From an uncultured Candidatus Saccharibacteria bacterium (lineage in GTDB: Bacteria; Patescibacteriota; Minisyncoccia; SW-4-49-11), in NCBI GenBank assembly GCA_964585065.1, contig CAZPCB010000001.1:80034-144033 (forward strand): a DNA stretch of 64,000 nt, in the 5' to 3' direction. Of the stretch, positions 16,894-26,895 are shown piece by piece; the first letter of the stretch is position 1; every line of letters begins with the position of its first letter. A program made the translations under genes and the position numbers. The notes under the pieces are model-generated. The model had not been told where the DNA came from and did no database searches. It was given only the letters and a program-made list of their open reading frames with translations.

Positions 16894-16911
16894 AGTATCG
16901 TTTGAGTAAAT

Positions 16912-16948
16912 GGGCTCGGGTATAAAACTCGAGCTTTTTTTGTTACTT
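16912..16948 (+). terminator. Rho-independent terminator.
   Basis: 'gggctcgggtataaaactcgagcttttttt'. Confidence 0.5.
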
Positions 16949-16990
16949 TAAAAAGGTATATCTGGCGAGAGGTGATTTCCCTTCCTTTTC

Positions 16991-17956
16991 TTATACACTC
17001 CTCAAAATTTTAATACATTCCTCAGCTGCATTACATTGCATAAGCTGGGAGCGGATATCGCTGGCTCCTGGAAAATTATTGAGATACATTTTGAAGCATT
17101 TTTTCATCACGGCAAAATTTTTCTCTTGTCCCCAAGTTTGGTCAAAAAGTTGTATATGTTCGATGAGTTTTTGCACCTTTATCTCTGTACTGAGTGTATT
17201 GTGGTCTATATTGGGATTGAATATCCAAGGATTATGGAATACTCCCCTTCCAATCATAATACCATCTACACCATATTGAGTGGCGATATCAAGTCCCTGC
17301 TGATAAGATAGAATATCTCCATTGCCAATAATGAGGGTATGAGGGCTTAGCGCGTCTCTTAGTTTTACTGCTTTTCCGATTTCATCCCAATGAGTAGGAT
17401 AATCGGATAATTCTTTTACGGTACGGCCATGTATGGTGATAGCATCGAGATTAGATTCTAAGAGATGTCCAATCCATTCTTCGGTTTGAATTTCACTAAA
17501 ACCAATGCGAGTTTTGACACTAACTGGTATATCTCCTGCTCCCTCTTTGGCAGCCTGTATAATATCTGAGGCGAGTTGGGGATTTTTGATAAGTGCGGAG
17601 CAAGCTCCTTGTTTGATTACTTTTTTGACTGGGCAGCCCATATTGATATCTAAGCCAGCAAAACCTTGTTCTCTGGCATAAACTCCCGCCTGATAATAAT
17701 GCTCTGGTGTAATACCCCAAATTTGGGCTACAAGAGGCTGTTCCTCTGGAGTATATTGCAATCGATGTATGACTTTGGATCTTCCAATATCTGAAGCTAA
17801 TCCCTCTACGCTGGTAAATTCTGTTACCATCACATCAGGACGTCCACAAGAGCTAATAATACGCCGAAAAACCGTATCAGTAACCTCCTCCATAGGAGCT
17901 AATACAAAAAATGGTTTAGATAATGATTGCCAAAATGATTGCATATATAGTCTCAA
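16991..17956 (-). CDS. dus: tRNA-dihydrouridine synthase (Dus family, FMN-dependent).
   Basis: 'FVLAPMEEVTDTVFRRII' N-terminal Dus signature. TIM-barrel FMN site 'GLDINMGCPVKKV' with catalytic Cys. 'ITIHGRT'. Confidence 0.85.
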   Translation of the reverse strand: MRLYMQSFWQSLSKPFFVLAPMEEVTDTVFRRIISSCGRPDVMVTEFTSVEGLASDIGRSKVIHRLQYTPEEQPLVAQIWGITPEHYYQAGVYAREQGFAGLDINMGCPVKKVIKQGACSALIKNPQLASDIIQAAKEGAGDIPVSVKTRIGFSEIQTEEWIGHLLESNLDAITIHGRTVKELSDYPTHWDEIGKAVKLRDALSPHTLIIGNGDILSYQQGLDIATQYGVDGIMIGRGVFHNPWIFNPNIDHNTLSTEIKVQKLIEHIQLFDQTWGQEKNFAVMKKCFKMYLNNFPGASDIRSQLMQCNAAEECIKILRSV

Positions 17957-17989
17957 TATATTGGATATACTAGCATAATAGCACTAATA

Positions 17990-18025
17990 AGTAAAAACCC
18001 CCGCCTAGACGACGGGGTTTGGGGA
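17990..18025 (-). terminator. Rho-independent terminator after the KsgA/Erm-family gene.
   Basis: Minus strand 'ccccgucgucuaggcgggggtttttac'. Confidence 0.5.
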
Positions 18026-18229
18026 AAAAAACTACTTTTCACGTATACAGCTATCTATATAAAAAGCAGTTAGTAAGCTACCGAAAAGAAATAAAAATAT
18101 TATACCACCTATCAGACCTAATAGACTGAATATTATATTTCTAATTATACCAAGAAAAAGTTTCATTTTTCATAAGCATTGAACAATATAAATATATCAA
18201 AGTGAGCTAATGGGTGTCAAATATAATTT

Positions 18230-19072
18230 TTATATCGATTTCTTCTTTTTCTCGTCTACTGTTTCATAAAAATATCGGAATAATCCTTTCCATTGGGTGA
18301 TGGATAAATCTTGTGGTCGGGATTTGATATGAAATTGATGGGTTTTGGCGAGTCTTTTCCATTGTTCATAGGTGAATATAGGGTCGAGGTTTTTCATCAA
18401 ATTGGACTTTTGCTGTCCAAAAGCATAGGTTATAAACTTGATATAATCTTGTTTTACTTCCCAAATAGGGGTTGGGATTTGCTCTAATCGTAATAGCTGT
18501 ACGCTAACACTAGGAGCTGGGGAGAAATCTGTTTTTTCAAAATTATAGACTACTTCACAATTATATAATGAGTTTAGGATAATAGAGATAATACTCGGCT
18601 CTGTAGCCCCAATTACGCGCTCTATTGCTTCTTTTTGTCCGAATATGAGGGCAGATTCTGGGCTATTATCTCCACTATATAGTCCTTTGATGAGCTCGGA
18701 GAATATAGCAAAGGGTGGATTAGATATAATTGCAAAGCTTTCGCTGGGATAGGTAATTTTACGAATATCCTGATTGATAATAGTTGCTTTATCTCCAAAA
18801 TTATTTTGTAGCTTGCTATATAAATCTGGATCAAGTTCTATTGATTGTACTCTATATCCTCTTGCTACTAGTTCCTTGGTTATAATCCCCTCTCCTGCAC
18901 CAAGGTCTAATACTAGGGAATTGGGGGGCAATGGAATAAAATCAATAATATAGCGTATTAAAGCAGGGTTTTTGACAAAATTTTGAGAATAAGACTTACG
19001 CTTCTCACTATTATAATCTTGCATATCATTTAAGACTCTAAATGCTCTATCAAATCCATAACTTTGACCCAA
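18230..19072 (-). CDS. rRNA adenine N6-dimethyltransferase family protein (KsgA/RsmA or Erm-like). Alternative start at 19024 (M17) would abut the ABC-F stop instead of overlapping it by 43 nt.
   Basis: 'SQNFVKNPALIRYII...VLDLGAGEGIITKELVARG...ISNPPFAIFSELI'. The SQNF start motif, SAM-binding GxGxG and (N/D)PP(F/Y)-like motif are typical of PF00398. Confidence 0.75.
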   Translation of the reverse strand: MGQSYGFDRAFRVLNDMQDYNSEKRKSYSQNFVKNPALIRYIIDFIPLPPNSLVLDLGAGEGIITKELVARGYRVQSIELDPDLYSKLQNNFGDKATIINQDIRKITYPSESFAIISNPPFAIFSELIKGLYSGDNSPESALIFGQKEAIERVIGATEPSIISIILNSLYNCEVVYNFEKTDFSPAPSVSVQLLRLEQIPTPIWEVKQDYIKFITYAFGQQKSNLMKNLDPIFTYEQWKRLAKTHQFHIKSRPQDLSITQWKGLFRYFYETVDEKKKKSI

Positions 19073-20766
19073 AGCGCCTCTTGAGCTACGAGTTTTTCAG
19101 GAGCTTCTGCTATTCCGAGTCTTACATCTTCTTTTAAGTCCGCAATCTTTTTATCTATTTTATTTAATTCTTTGCGAGCTTGGTATAATTCTCTTTTACG
19201 TGTTTTCTCATCTCCGGCATAGGTAGATACGGTTTGCGTAATGGCCTCATTATTCTGCTCTTTAGTTTGATCAGCATGATGCTGTAGACTCCATACATAT
19301 TCTTCATAATTCCCATGATATTTGGTGATGGTGCCGTCTTTTACTTGCCAAATCATAGTTGCAAGATTATTCACAAAACTTCTATCATGGCTTACAAAAA
19401 TAAGAGTTCCTCCCCATTCTGCTAGGGAACTTCCCATAATTTCTACGGTTTCCATATCGAGATGGTTTGTAGGTTCATCCAAAATTAAGACATCATATCC
19501 TTCCAGAAATACTGCTGCGAGTCTTAGTCTAGCTTTTTCCCCTCCTGATAATACGGTGAGAGGTTTATCATGTTCTGCTTTAGAGAATAAGAAACTCCCA
19601 AGAGTTTTTTTGACATCATCATCACTAATAGAGATATCTGCAACTTTTCTCAAATAATCATATACAGTCAACTGATTCTGGGTATCGAATTCTACACTTT
19701 GGGCAAAATATCCAATTTTAAGACCATTCCCAAATTTAAATTCACCATTTAATAGAGGTAATTCCCCTGAAAGAGTTTTCAAAAGTGTAGATTTTCCTTG
19801 TCCATTATCTCCGAGTACGGCAATTTTTTGTCCTCTTTCTACATATAGATTTTGACCCTCTGCGATTATCGTTTTATCGTATCCAATACTGATGCGGGGG
19901 ATATCTAATCCCATACCTGAGCTTTTGGCAATAAAAGGCAAATGCATTCTTACTTTTGAGCTGGGGGTATATATACTTTTTTTCTCTTGAGATAATCTCT
20001 CAATATGTTTTTGCTTGGATTTAGCTTGAGCGGCTTTACTTGCCTTTGCTCCAAATCGGTCTATAAATTCTTGTAATTGGGCTTGCTTTTTCTCGATATT
20101 AGCATTGGTACGGATAATTTGATTCTGCACGGTTTGCTTATATTCTAGATAGTCATCTACATTACCAGGATACAGAGATATTTGCCCCTGATCAACTTCT
20201 ATGGTGCTGGTCATTACACGCCTTAAGAATTCTCTATCATGAGTAATAAGTAATACTGTACCTTTAAAAGATATAAGCCAATGCTCTAATAACAGAATAG
20301 TAGAGAGATCAAGATAATTGGTTGGTTCATCCAAAAGTATAAGATTAGGTTTTGCCATTAACATTCGAATAAGCTTTAATCTCATACGATATCCTCCAGA
20401 AATATCTCCAATAGGAAGCTCTAATTTTTCTTTTGGCATATCGAATTCTAGGGCTTGTTTGAATATTTCCCAATCTTGACTTTGCGTAGTCTCTATCAAA
20501 TAATTAATTCCTGTTTGCTCTAAATCAAATTCATCTTCTTGGGCAATATAACCAATACGAGTAGATTTATCTAAAGTAATACTTCCATCATCAGGCTCTT
20601 CTAGTCCCAAAATCATACGAAATAAGGTACTCTTCCCCGCTCCATTGCGACCAAGTACACCATAAATTTCTCCCTCATGAATAGAGCAAGTAGCAGTATT
20701 AAATATAACCTTGAGTCCATAATGTTTCTCAAGGTTATATATACGAATTAATTCTCTTTTAGCCAT
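19030..20766 (-). CDS. ABC-F family ATPase (two ABC domains, no transmembrane domain). EttA/Uup/ARE-type translation factor.
   Basis: Two Walker A motifs ('GRNGAGKST', 'GDNGQGKST') and two signature motifs ('ISGGYRMRLKL', 'LSGGEKARLRL'), with the inter-domain linker typical of ABC-F. Confidence 0.85.
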   Translation of the reverse strand: MAKRELIRIYNLEKHYGLKVIFNTATCSIHEGEIYGVLGRNGAGKSTLFRMILGLEEPDDGSITLDKSTRIGYIAQEDEFDLEQTGINYLIETTQSQDWEIFKQALEFDMPKEKLELPIGDISGGYRMRLKLIRMLMAKPNLILLDEPTNYLDLSTILLLEHWLISFKGTVLLITHDREFLRRVMTSTIEVDQGQISLYPGNVDDYLEYKQTVQNQIIRTNANIEKKQAQLQEFIDRFGAKASKAAQAKSKQKHIERLSQEKKSIYTPSSKVRMHLPFIAKSSGMGLDIPRISIGYDKTIIAEGQNLYVERGQKIAVLGDNGQGKSTLLKTLSGELPLLNGEFKFGNGLKIGYFAQSVEFDTQNQLTVYDYLRKVADISISDDDVKKTLGSFLFSKAEHDKPLTVLSGGEKARLRLAAVFLEGYDVLILDEPTNHLDMETVEIMGSSLAEWGGTLIFVSHDRSFVNNLATMIWQVKDGTITKYHGNYEEYVWSLQHHADQTKEQNNEAITQTVSTYAGDEKTRKRELYQARKELNKIDKKIADLKEDVRLGIAEAPEKLVAQEALWVKVMDLIEHLES

Positions 20767-20822
20767 AGTATATGATATATTCGTCTCCTACTATGACATA
20801 AAAATCAAGTTTTGACAAGCTA

Positions 20823-21128
20823 TTATTCAGCTGGATTTACTGTTCCCCCTGGAGTATTTTCAGGAAGAGTTCCACCAGCACTATTATCTGTAATAGGAGT
20901 TGCTGCTGGTGCTGATATCCCAGTCGCAGGAGTTGTTGGAATTTCAACACTCTCAGTAACCTCTTCTAATACAGGATCAGGTTCATTATTTTGTTTATAC
21001 AGAAGATATCCAAGTACACCTCCACCTATTACGATAAGAATTAAAAGGATAATAATAGTTTTAGAATTACCACTAGGTTGTAGAGCTTGTTCTTGAGAAA
21101 TTTTAGGTGTTTCGAATGTATCTGGCAT
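20823..21128 (-). CDS. Truncated paralog of the cytochrome b5-like membrane proteins (N-terminus, TM helix and Pro/Thr-rich linker only).
   Basis: 'MPDTFETPK...TIIILLILIVIGGGVLGYLLYK' is homologous to the N-termini of the next two genes. No C-terminal domain. Confidence 0.4.
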   Translation of the reverse strand: MPDTFETPKISQEQALQPSGNSKTIIILLILIVIGGGVLGYLLYKQNNEPDPVLEEVTESVEIPTTPATGISAPAATPITDNSAGGTLPENTPGGTVNPAE

Positions 21129-21141
21129 AATATATATTTAA

Positions 21142-21669
21142 TTATTGTTCTATCTTACCAACGGGTCGAGCATAAGGACTGAATTGACCACTCTCTTCAA
21201 TAGGAGGTTGGCCATTTCTCTCCTCAGTCAAAATTTTAGTTCCATCTTTTCCACAAATATCTTCTGCTTTTATACCTAATGACTGCCCTCTTCTTATGAA
21301 ATCAGAAGTATCATATACTGCTCCATTGATTATAGTCCAGCAACCACCTCTTTTGGAAGTATCCTCAAATTGTTTTTTTGTAATAGTAAAGTCAGGTACT
21401 CTTTCAGCTCTTCTTTTAGCTAAAGTTTCTTTATCTACAGGTGTTGTAGGAGCTGTTGTAGTATTAGTTGTGTCAGATTTTGCTGGGGCTACTTTATTAG
21501 CTTTTTCAGGAGGGTTAGCACTATTATTTTTATTCTGAACTGCTATAGTAATTCCTAAACCAATACTAGCAAAAATAATAAGTACTATGAGAATAATTAC
21601 AGTCTTAGAACTGTTTTTGGATGAACTTATTTCTGGGGATGCTTCTGGTGTACCAAATGTATCTGCCAT
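21142..21669 (-). CDS. Membrane-anchored protein with a degenerate cytochrome b5-like domain (HPGG motif lost).
   Basis: 'MADTFGTPE..' plus TM helix plus Thr/Pro linker, then 'GGCWTIINGAVYDTSDFIRRGQSLGIKAEDICGKDGTKIL', which parallels the b5 fold but has RRGQS in place of HPGG. Confidence 0.5.
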   Translation of the reverse strand: MADTFGTPEASPEISSSKNSSKTVIILIVLIIFASIGLGITIAVQNKNNSANPPEKANKVAPAKSDTTNTTTAPTTPVDKETLAKRRAERVPDFTITKKQFEDTSKRGGCWTIINGAVYDTSDFIRRGQSLGIKAEDICGKDGTKILTEERNGQPPIEESGQFSPYARPVGKIEQ

Positions 21670-21685
21670 ATTGTATTTATATTAA

Positions 21686-22207
21686 TTATTTAGCTAATGT
21701 ACCAATTTTAAATCCTGCTAATACATCACTTGCCCCACCTTCTTTATGTTCCATAGGTTTTGCAAATAATTGAGTTCCATCTTTTCCACAAATTTTTACA
21801 ATTTCTGCCTCTCCACCTGGATGATTCGGTACATATGAAGTAATATCATATACATCCCCATTAATAATAGTCCAACATGAAGATTTAGTATTTTTCTCAG
21901 CAACCTGAGCTACAGTATATGTAGTTCCCGTTGGAATAAAATTAGGTGCGGGAGTAGAGCCAGCTGGTGGAGTTGTTGGGGTGGGAGGCGCAATTGATCC
22001 GGGAGCATCTGTACTAGGTACAGGTTCTGCTACTTTTGCAGAGTCACTTATAGTAGCAGTTTTATTTGATTCCGCATTAGATTTATATACAAGATATCCT
22101 AAAAAACCAGCAGAAATAACTATTAATGCAATAAGAATAATAGTGAACTTTGAAACTTTAGGTGCTGTTTGTTCTACGGGTGCATTAGGGGTGATTTCTG
22201 GTTCCAT
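21686..22207 (-). CDS. Membrane-anchored protein with an intact cytochrome b5-like heme/steroid-binding domain.
   Basis: 'SSCWTIINGDVYDITSYVPNHPGGEAEIVKICGKDGTQLFAKPMEHKEG' carries the HPGG motif and a second His. N-terminal TM helix and Pro/Thr-rich linker. Confidence 0.6.
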   Translation of the reverse strand: MEPEITPNAPVEQTAPKVSKFTIILIALIVISAGFLGYLVYKSNAESNKTATISDSAKVAEPVPSTDAPGSIAPPTPTTPPAGSTPAPNFIPTGTTYTVAQVAEKNTKSSCWTIINGDVYDITSYVPNHPGGEAEIVKICGKDGTQLFAKPMEHKEGGASDVLAGFKIGTLAK

Positions 22208-22266
22208 TGTATTATATTTATTTAATTATTATAAAAATAGTATATCATAATGACTATGTTTTGCAA

Positions 22267-23409
22267 CTACATATTCTTTTTTAATAATGGTATGAAAATG
22301 AGCTCAATATTACGGTATACATATGCAAATCCGAAAGAAATAGGGAGAGTAATAATTAATGTTATAAGAGTATAGAGAATAATTTGTACGAGTAATAATT
22401 GATTAGGAAATGGCTGTAACATAAACATAATTTGTTGTATAGGAAAATGAAATAAGAATATCCATAAGCTAATACGCCCTAGAGGAGTGAATATGTTTTG
22501 GAGAATTTTACTCATGGGACTGGATTTGTGTACATAATTCCATAATGTAAATATAACAGCAAAACCAAAGAATATCTGAACATTATAAAATGATAAAGAT
22601 TTCACTATTGTTTCACTAAGATTAAGATATGGGAGCAATATAATAATAAGAGCTTGTAGTCCAAAATATATCCAAATTAATTCTCTCCATATCGAGGATG
22701 GGGCTTCAGTAAAAATATTTTTCCTTACCATTCCATATATAAAGAATATAAGATATTGTCCACATAGGGGGATTCCCCATATATACCAAGTATCAGGGAT
22801 AAGGAAAGATATAAGAGATATAATAAGAGCTCCTATGAGAAGATATTTGGGACTTCTATTGCGAATATAATCGAGCAAGGGGTATAAGAGATATAATTGG
22901 AATAATACCGGGATAAAATAAAATGGTATGGCAGCCTCCCCAGATATTAGTAATTTAGGAAGATTACTATCCCCACTATACCCTACTTTCCATAATATGA
23001 TGGATAGCATAATATAGGGTATTGCAATACGAATAATTTTACTGCCATAAAAGTATAGTATAGCTCCCCTATTCCATATAAAAGGATTTAATAATAATCC
23101 TGATATAAATAAAAAAACAGGAATAGCAAAGCGGAATATATTATTGATAACACTTAATACAATAATATCAAATGTAGTATTGTATTGAAGCATCAAAAAA
23201 TAACAGGTATGGATAATTATTACCCCAATAATAGCAATTCCCTTGAGGGTATCAATAGCGGGGATTCTTTTTTGAGTAATTTTACTATTTTGGGTATCAA
23301 TATTCCAAAATAATCGTGCATAACGAGGAGTAAACAACAGGATAATAGTTCCTGTAATAATAACCAGATATTCTAATAGGAATTGAATTTGGACTTGTAA
23401 AATATTCAC
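22267..23409 (-). CDS. Acyltransferase family 3 (OafA/YrhL-like) integral membrane protein.
   Basis: 'KRIPAIDTLKGIAIIGVIIIHT' is the N-terminal acyltransferase_3 signature. About 10 TM helices. Confidence 0.65.
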   Translation of the reverse strand: MNILQVQIQFLLEYLVIITGTIILLFTPRYARLFWNIDTQNSKITQKRIPAIDTLKGIAIIGVIIIHTCYFLMLQYNTTFDIIVLSVINNIFRFAIPVFLFISGLLLNPFIWNRGAILYFYGSKIIRIAIPYIMLSIILWKVGYSGDSNLPKLLISGEAAIPFYFIPVLFQLYLLYPLLDYIRNRSPKYLLIGALIISLISFLIPDTWYIWGIPLCGQYLIFFIYGMVRKNIFTEAPSSIWRELIWIYFGLQALIIILLPYLNLSETIVKSLSFYNVQIFFGFAVIFTLWNYVHKSSPMSKILQNIFTPLGRISLWIFLFHFPIQQIMFMLQPFPNQLLLVQIILYTLITLIITLPISFGFAYVYRNIELIFIPLLKKNM

Positions 23410-23849
23410 TATTTTAACTCAGGGATAGGAGTTGGTATATAGGGCTGAATAGGGAAAATAAAAGTACGGGTACCTGTCCTCTTAATTAAATCATTAAATT
23501 GGCGTATATCTATATTATGCGTTTCAACTAATTTATCATATGTACTTTTCTTTGCATTAAAATCATCAACAGATTCATTATATTTTGGTACAAATTCATT
23601 ATATTGTGCTATTTTTTTATTAGAAAGTAATTCATCCAAAGTCTCTTTTTCTTTATTGAGTCCAAGTGTTTTCTGTTCTAATTCCTGTTGTTTCTCTTCA
23701 ATTACAGAATAGTTTATATTAATGGTATTTTCCAATGATCGAGCTGTTTGAGTATCCTCATAGTTGATATATTCTTGCCAACCCCACCAAGCTATATTGG
23801 CAGCTCCATATAAGACTAAGAATATAGCTAATAGTTTTAATATTGTCAT
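23409..23849 (-). CDS. Hypothetical membrane-anchored coiled-coil protein.
   Basis: N-terminal TM helix. ATGA overlap with the upstream gene. Confidence 0.35.
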   Translation of the reverse strand: MTILKLLAIFLVLYGAANIAWWGWQEYINYEDTQTARSLENTININYSVIEEKQQELEQKTLGLNKEKETLDELLSNKKIAQYNEFVPKYNESVDDFNAKKSTYDKLVETHNIDIRQFNDLIKRTGTRTFIFPIQPYIPTPIPELK

Positions 23850-24043
23850 ATCTGTTTAGATCATGTTTATTTGATATACTTTATACATTATATGTGATAC
23901 TGAGGGATAAGTAAAATTTTTGATATAAAGATTTATACTCTTTCATCATATCAGTATAGGCTTCTTGTATGATTTGAATTAATACATGTATATCTATTTG
24001 ATCCTGCAAAATATATTTTCATATTAACTTAAATTATTATCTC

Positions 24044-25576
24044 TTAATTTATTTTATCACTATACTTATATAAATAAAATAAAGGAGCATTATTAGCACC
24101 ATAAAATGTATGTATACGAGTATAATAGTCAGGGACAGAATCAGAGTTTTGGGTAAATATACTTTGCTCCAAAATCCAATCAGCTTGGAATAAAGCGTTT
24201 TTATCTATTTTATAAATACCATTCACTTTATCCGGAAGAAAAGAAGTAAGTTTATGCTCAGGCATTAATAGCGTATAGAATCCTACTGACTCCCCTGGTT
24301 TTACCCATTCATCGAGAGAATTAATAACTTCCAATGTTCCCTGTCCCCAGAATCCAATAGGCAATATATTCTTCTCCCATACTTGAGCAGCTCCACCAGT
24401 AATTTCATTATAATAATCTAGATAAAATGGATATACCATACGCAATTGTATACCAAGATAAGTAATAATGAGAATTGATACTCCAATCAATAATTTCTTA
24501 GATTTTCCTAATAATTGCTGCGTTGCCAATACTGCCAAAATAGAGAAAGGAATATACAGTGGGAGAAGATATCTCATACCCCCTTGTTTAATCGTCGCAA
24601 AAGACCAAATAAACCATATTCCAAATATTGCTATGAGAAAAATATCCTTTCCTTTATAGTGAGGTAGTCGAAATAGCATAGATATTATCTGGAATAACCC
24701 TAATGATATAATAATAAGAGGTGTTTGAGCTACAAAATATACAAGATAATAAGTCCATGGGGTAGTACGTATAGACCCAAAAAATAATTCTTTTGGGTCC
24801 CCGCCCCAATGATTCAAAGTAGATTGTATGCTTTCAATTGGATTTGTCCACCAATACGGAAATATAATAAATAATCCTATCCAAAGACTTATAGGTAACC
24901 ATATTAATATCCAAGGAATTTTGGCTTTCCAGTTAGATTGTTTAGAGAGATTTTTCCACCAAGATATTACCTCCCATATCCAAATAGGCAACATGGCTAA
25001 GATATTATTAAATCGAGAACTAAATGCAAGTACAGCATGAAGATTCATAATAACAAAATGCTTTCTTGACTGAGTTTTTTTGTATAATAGATACCAATAC
25101 CACATTCCTGTCACAAAGAATAGAGATACTGACTCATGTCCCGCCAAGCGCGTATGAGCAATAAAGAGTGGATTCAGTCCTACCACAATCACTGCTAATA
25201 CAGATAGCCAAAAATTGAGATAAAAACGAGCCAAAAAGAATACATATATCAAGGTAGCCGACCCAAGTAATATACTCATCAATCTTGCAAAAGTATATAT
25301 ATGAGAAACATCATCACCCCAATTAGATATTTTTTGCATTCCAATATGCCCAATTTCTGCTATTCCATATACATATTTAGTCACGGGAGGATGCTCTTTA
25401 TTAAAAGACCAGGCTTCTTGTGAGAAATCTAAACGACTAAGAGCTTTTATATAATCCCTCCCCGCCTGTACATATACCGGTTCATCATAAGTAACCCCCT
25501 CTCTTTCAAATCCAATTAATCGAATTCCGGTTAAGAGTATAATTACGATAGTTAGAATAGCAAATTGTCTTTTCAT
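24044..25576 (-). CDS. Polytopic membrane glycosyltransferase, family 39/83 (ArnT/PMT-like).
   Basis: N-terminal TM helix followed by a 'YDEPVY' DE motif in the first extracytoplasmic loop. More than 10 TM helices and a large C-terminal extracytoplasmic domain. Confidence 0.5.
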   Translation of the reverse strand: MKRQFAILTIVIILLTGIRLIGFEREGVTYDEPVYVQAGRDYIKALSRLDFSQEAWSFNKEHPPVTKYVYGIAEIGHIGMQKISNWGDDVSHIYTFARLMSILLGSATLIYVFFLARFYLNFWLSVLAVIVVGLNPLFIAHTRLAGHESVSLFFVTGMWYWYLLYKKTQSRKHFVIMNLHAVLAFSSRFNNILAMLPIWIWEVISWWKNLSKQSNWKAKIPWILIWLPISLWIGLFIIFPYWWTNPIESIQSTLNHWGGDPKELFFGSIRTTPWTYYLVYFVAQTPLIIISLGLFQIISMLFRLPHYKGKDIFLIAIFGIWFIWSFATIKQGGMRYLLPLYIPFSILAVLATQQLLGKSKKLLIGVSILIITYLGIQLRMVYPFYLDYYNEITGGAAQVWEKNILPIGFWGQGTLEVINSLDEWVKPGESVGFYTLLMPEHKLTSFLPDKVNGIYKIDKNALFQADWILEQSIFTQNSDSVPDYYTRIHTFYGANNAPLFYLYKYSDKIN

Positions 25577-25649
25577 AAAATAACCATATATAATCTTATA
25601 TAGTATATCATATGAATATGGTATACTAAGCTATATATATTATAGTAAT

Positions 25650-26051
25650 ATGCATATAAAACCCATATATTATTGGTTTCTCCTATTTGCCACAACTTTT
25701 CTTGCATATCAACTGGTGCAAGACAGTATACGGCCAAATTATAATGGGGATAATGTAATTATCATCTATCTATTAGGTATTGCACCAAATTTTTTCCCTG
25801 CTATTGGGATACCCGCTTTATTTGTCATATTAATTCCTGAGATTAGTAAAAACAAAAGCAATATATGGTTACATGAGAGAAAGCATATAACCGCAATTAT
25901 CACTTCACTCATTGGGTTATTATCATGGGAATTTTTACAAATACTAACTCCGAGTGGACGATTCGATTGGAATGATATTCTGTGGACTTGTATTGGTATT
26001 CTAATGTTCTATTTTATATGGATGATAAGTCCTGAAGGGTATCGGAGGTAA
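25650..26051 (+). CDS. Hypothetical membrane protein (133 aa, 4 TM).
   Basis: Hydrophobicity only. Confidence 0.35.
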   Translation: MHIKPIYYWFLLFATTFLAYQLVQDSIRPNYNGDNVIIIYLLGIAPNFFPAIGIPALFVILIPEISKNKSNIWLHERKHITAIITSLIGLLSWEFLQILTPSGRFDWNDILWTCIGILMFYFIWMISPEGYRR

Positions 26052-26136
26052 ATGCTTATATTTTTATCCACATATACAATTATTAAAGGAAAGTATATAA
26101 TATAAATGATCTTATTATATATTTTTAATTAATAAT

Positions 26137-26877
26137 ATGTTTGATATTCTATTTGCTCGTACATTCTTTATCGTAGGAGGTATGCTTGTTATAACCGCCA
26201 TTACTGCTCTTATCAACAAAGGATTTGAGACATCATTGGAGTATTGGGGAAGTATTATTGCATTGTTTGGATTATTGATTGCCCTTATGTTTTATGCCAA
26301 TATTTTTCCTACGAACTTACTATTAGTGGGACTTTTTTCTGCTATTATGGGCTGGATCATTGGTCCAACAATATCGGCATTAGGGCAACGATATAAGTTT
26401 AGAAAACAGCTCAAGAATAATGGAATTGTTATTGAAAAGGGCCGTAATATCCCTAAAGAATATCAGGAAGAGTTTGCGACATCTTTTGATAGTGAACAAT
26501 ATCAATCAGAATGGAATAATACCGTTTTCCAAGCACTTTTTGCTACAGCAATAGCAGTATTTGCAACTGGAGGTACGGTTTTCTTAACCAATATTGACTT
26601 TAGTTTTTTGAATGGATTTTTATTTATTTCATTAATTATTTTAGTTATTATGGGGCTCTTAAATGTATTCATATTTCGCTCGCATATGTTTACCTTTATT
26701 AGTTCTTATTTTGGGGCTGTTATCTTTACCCTATATCTCTTATTTGATTTTAATAGACTAGAATCAATGGCAGGTGATGAGTCATGGGGAACTGCTATTG
26801 ATATCTCAGTTAATCTTTATTTAGACATTATTAATTTATTTTTGGATTTACTTACTATACTTTCCGAGTTCAATTAG
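26137..26877 (+). CDS. Bax-inhibitor-1/YccA (TMBIM) family membrane protein with an inserted cytoplasmic loop.
   Basis: 7 TM segments and the family-typical C-terminus 'NLYLDIINLFLDLLTIL'. Confidence 0.5.
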   Translation: MFDILFARTFFIVGGMLVITAITALINKGFETSLEYWGSIIALFGLLIALMFYANIFPTNLLLVGLFSAIMGWIIGPTISALGQRYKFRKQLKNNGIVIEKGRNIPKEYQEEFATSFDSEQYQSEWNNTVFQALFATAIAVFATGGTVFLTNIDFSFLNGFLFISLIILVIMGLLNVFIFRSHMFTFISSYFGAVIFTLYLLFDFNRLESMAGDESWGTAIDISVNLYLDIINLFLDLLTILSEFN

Positions 26878-26895
26878 GATACTATAGTAATATCT

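Noticed and set aside
17036-17978. Small ORFs 17036-17311, 17079-17279, 17520-17720 and 17769-17978 overlapping dus.
   Set aside because: Antisense or nested in the Dus gene. No support.
19322-19657. 111-aa plus-strand ORF inside the ABC-F gene.
   Set aside because: Antisense to a gene with clear dual ABC motifs.
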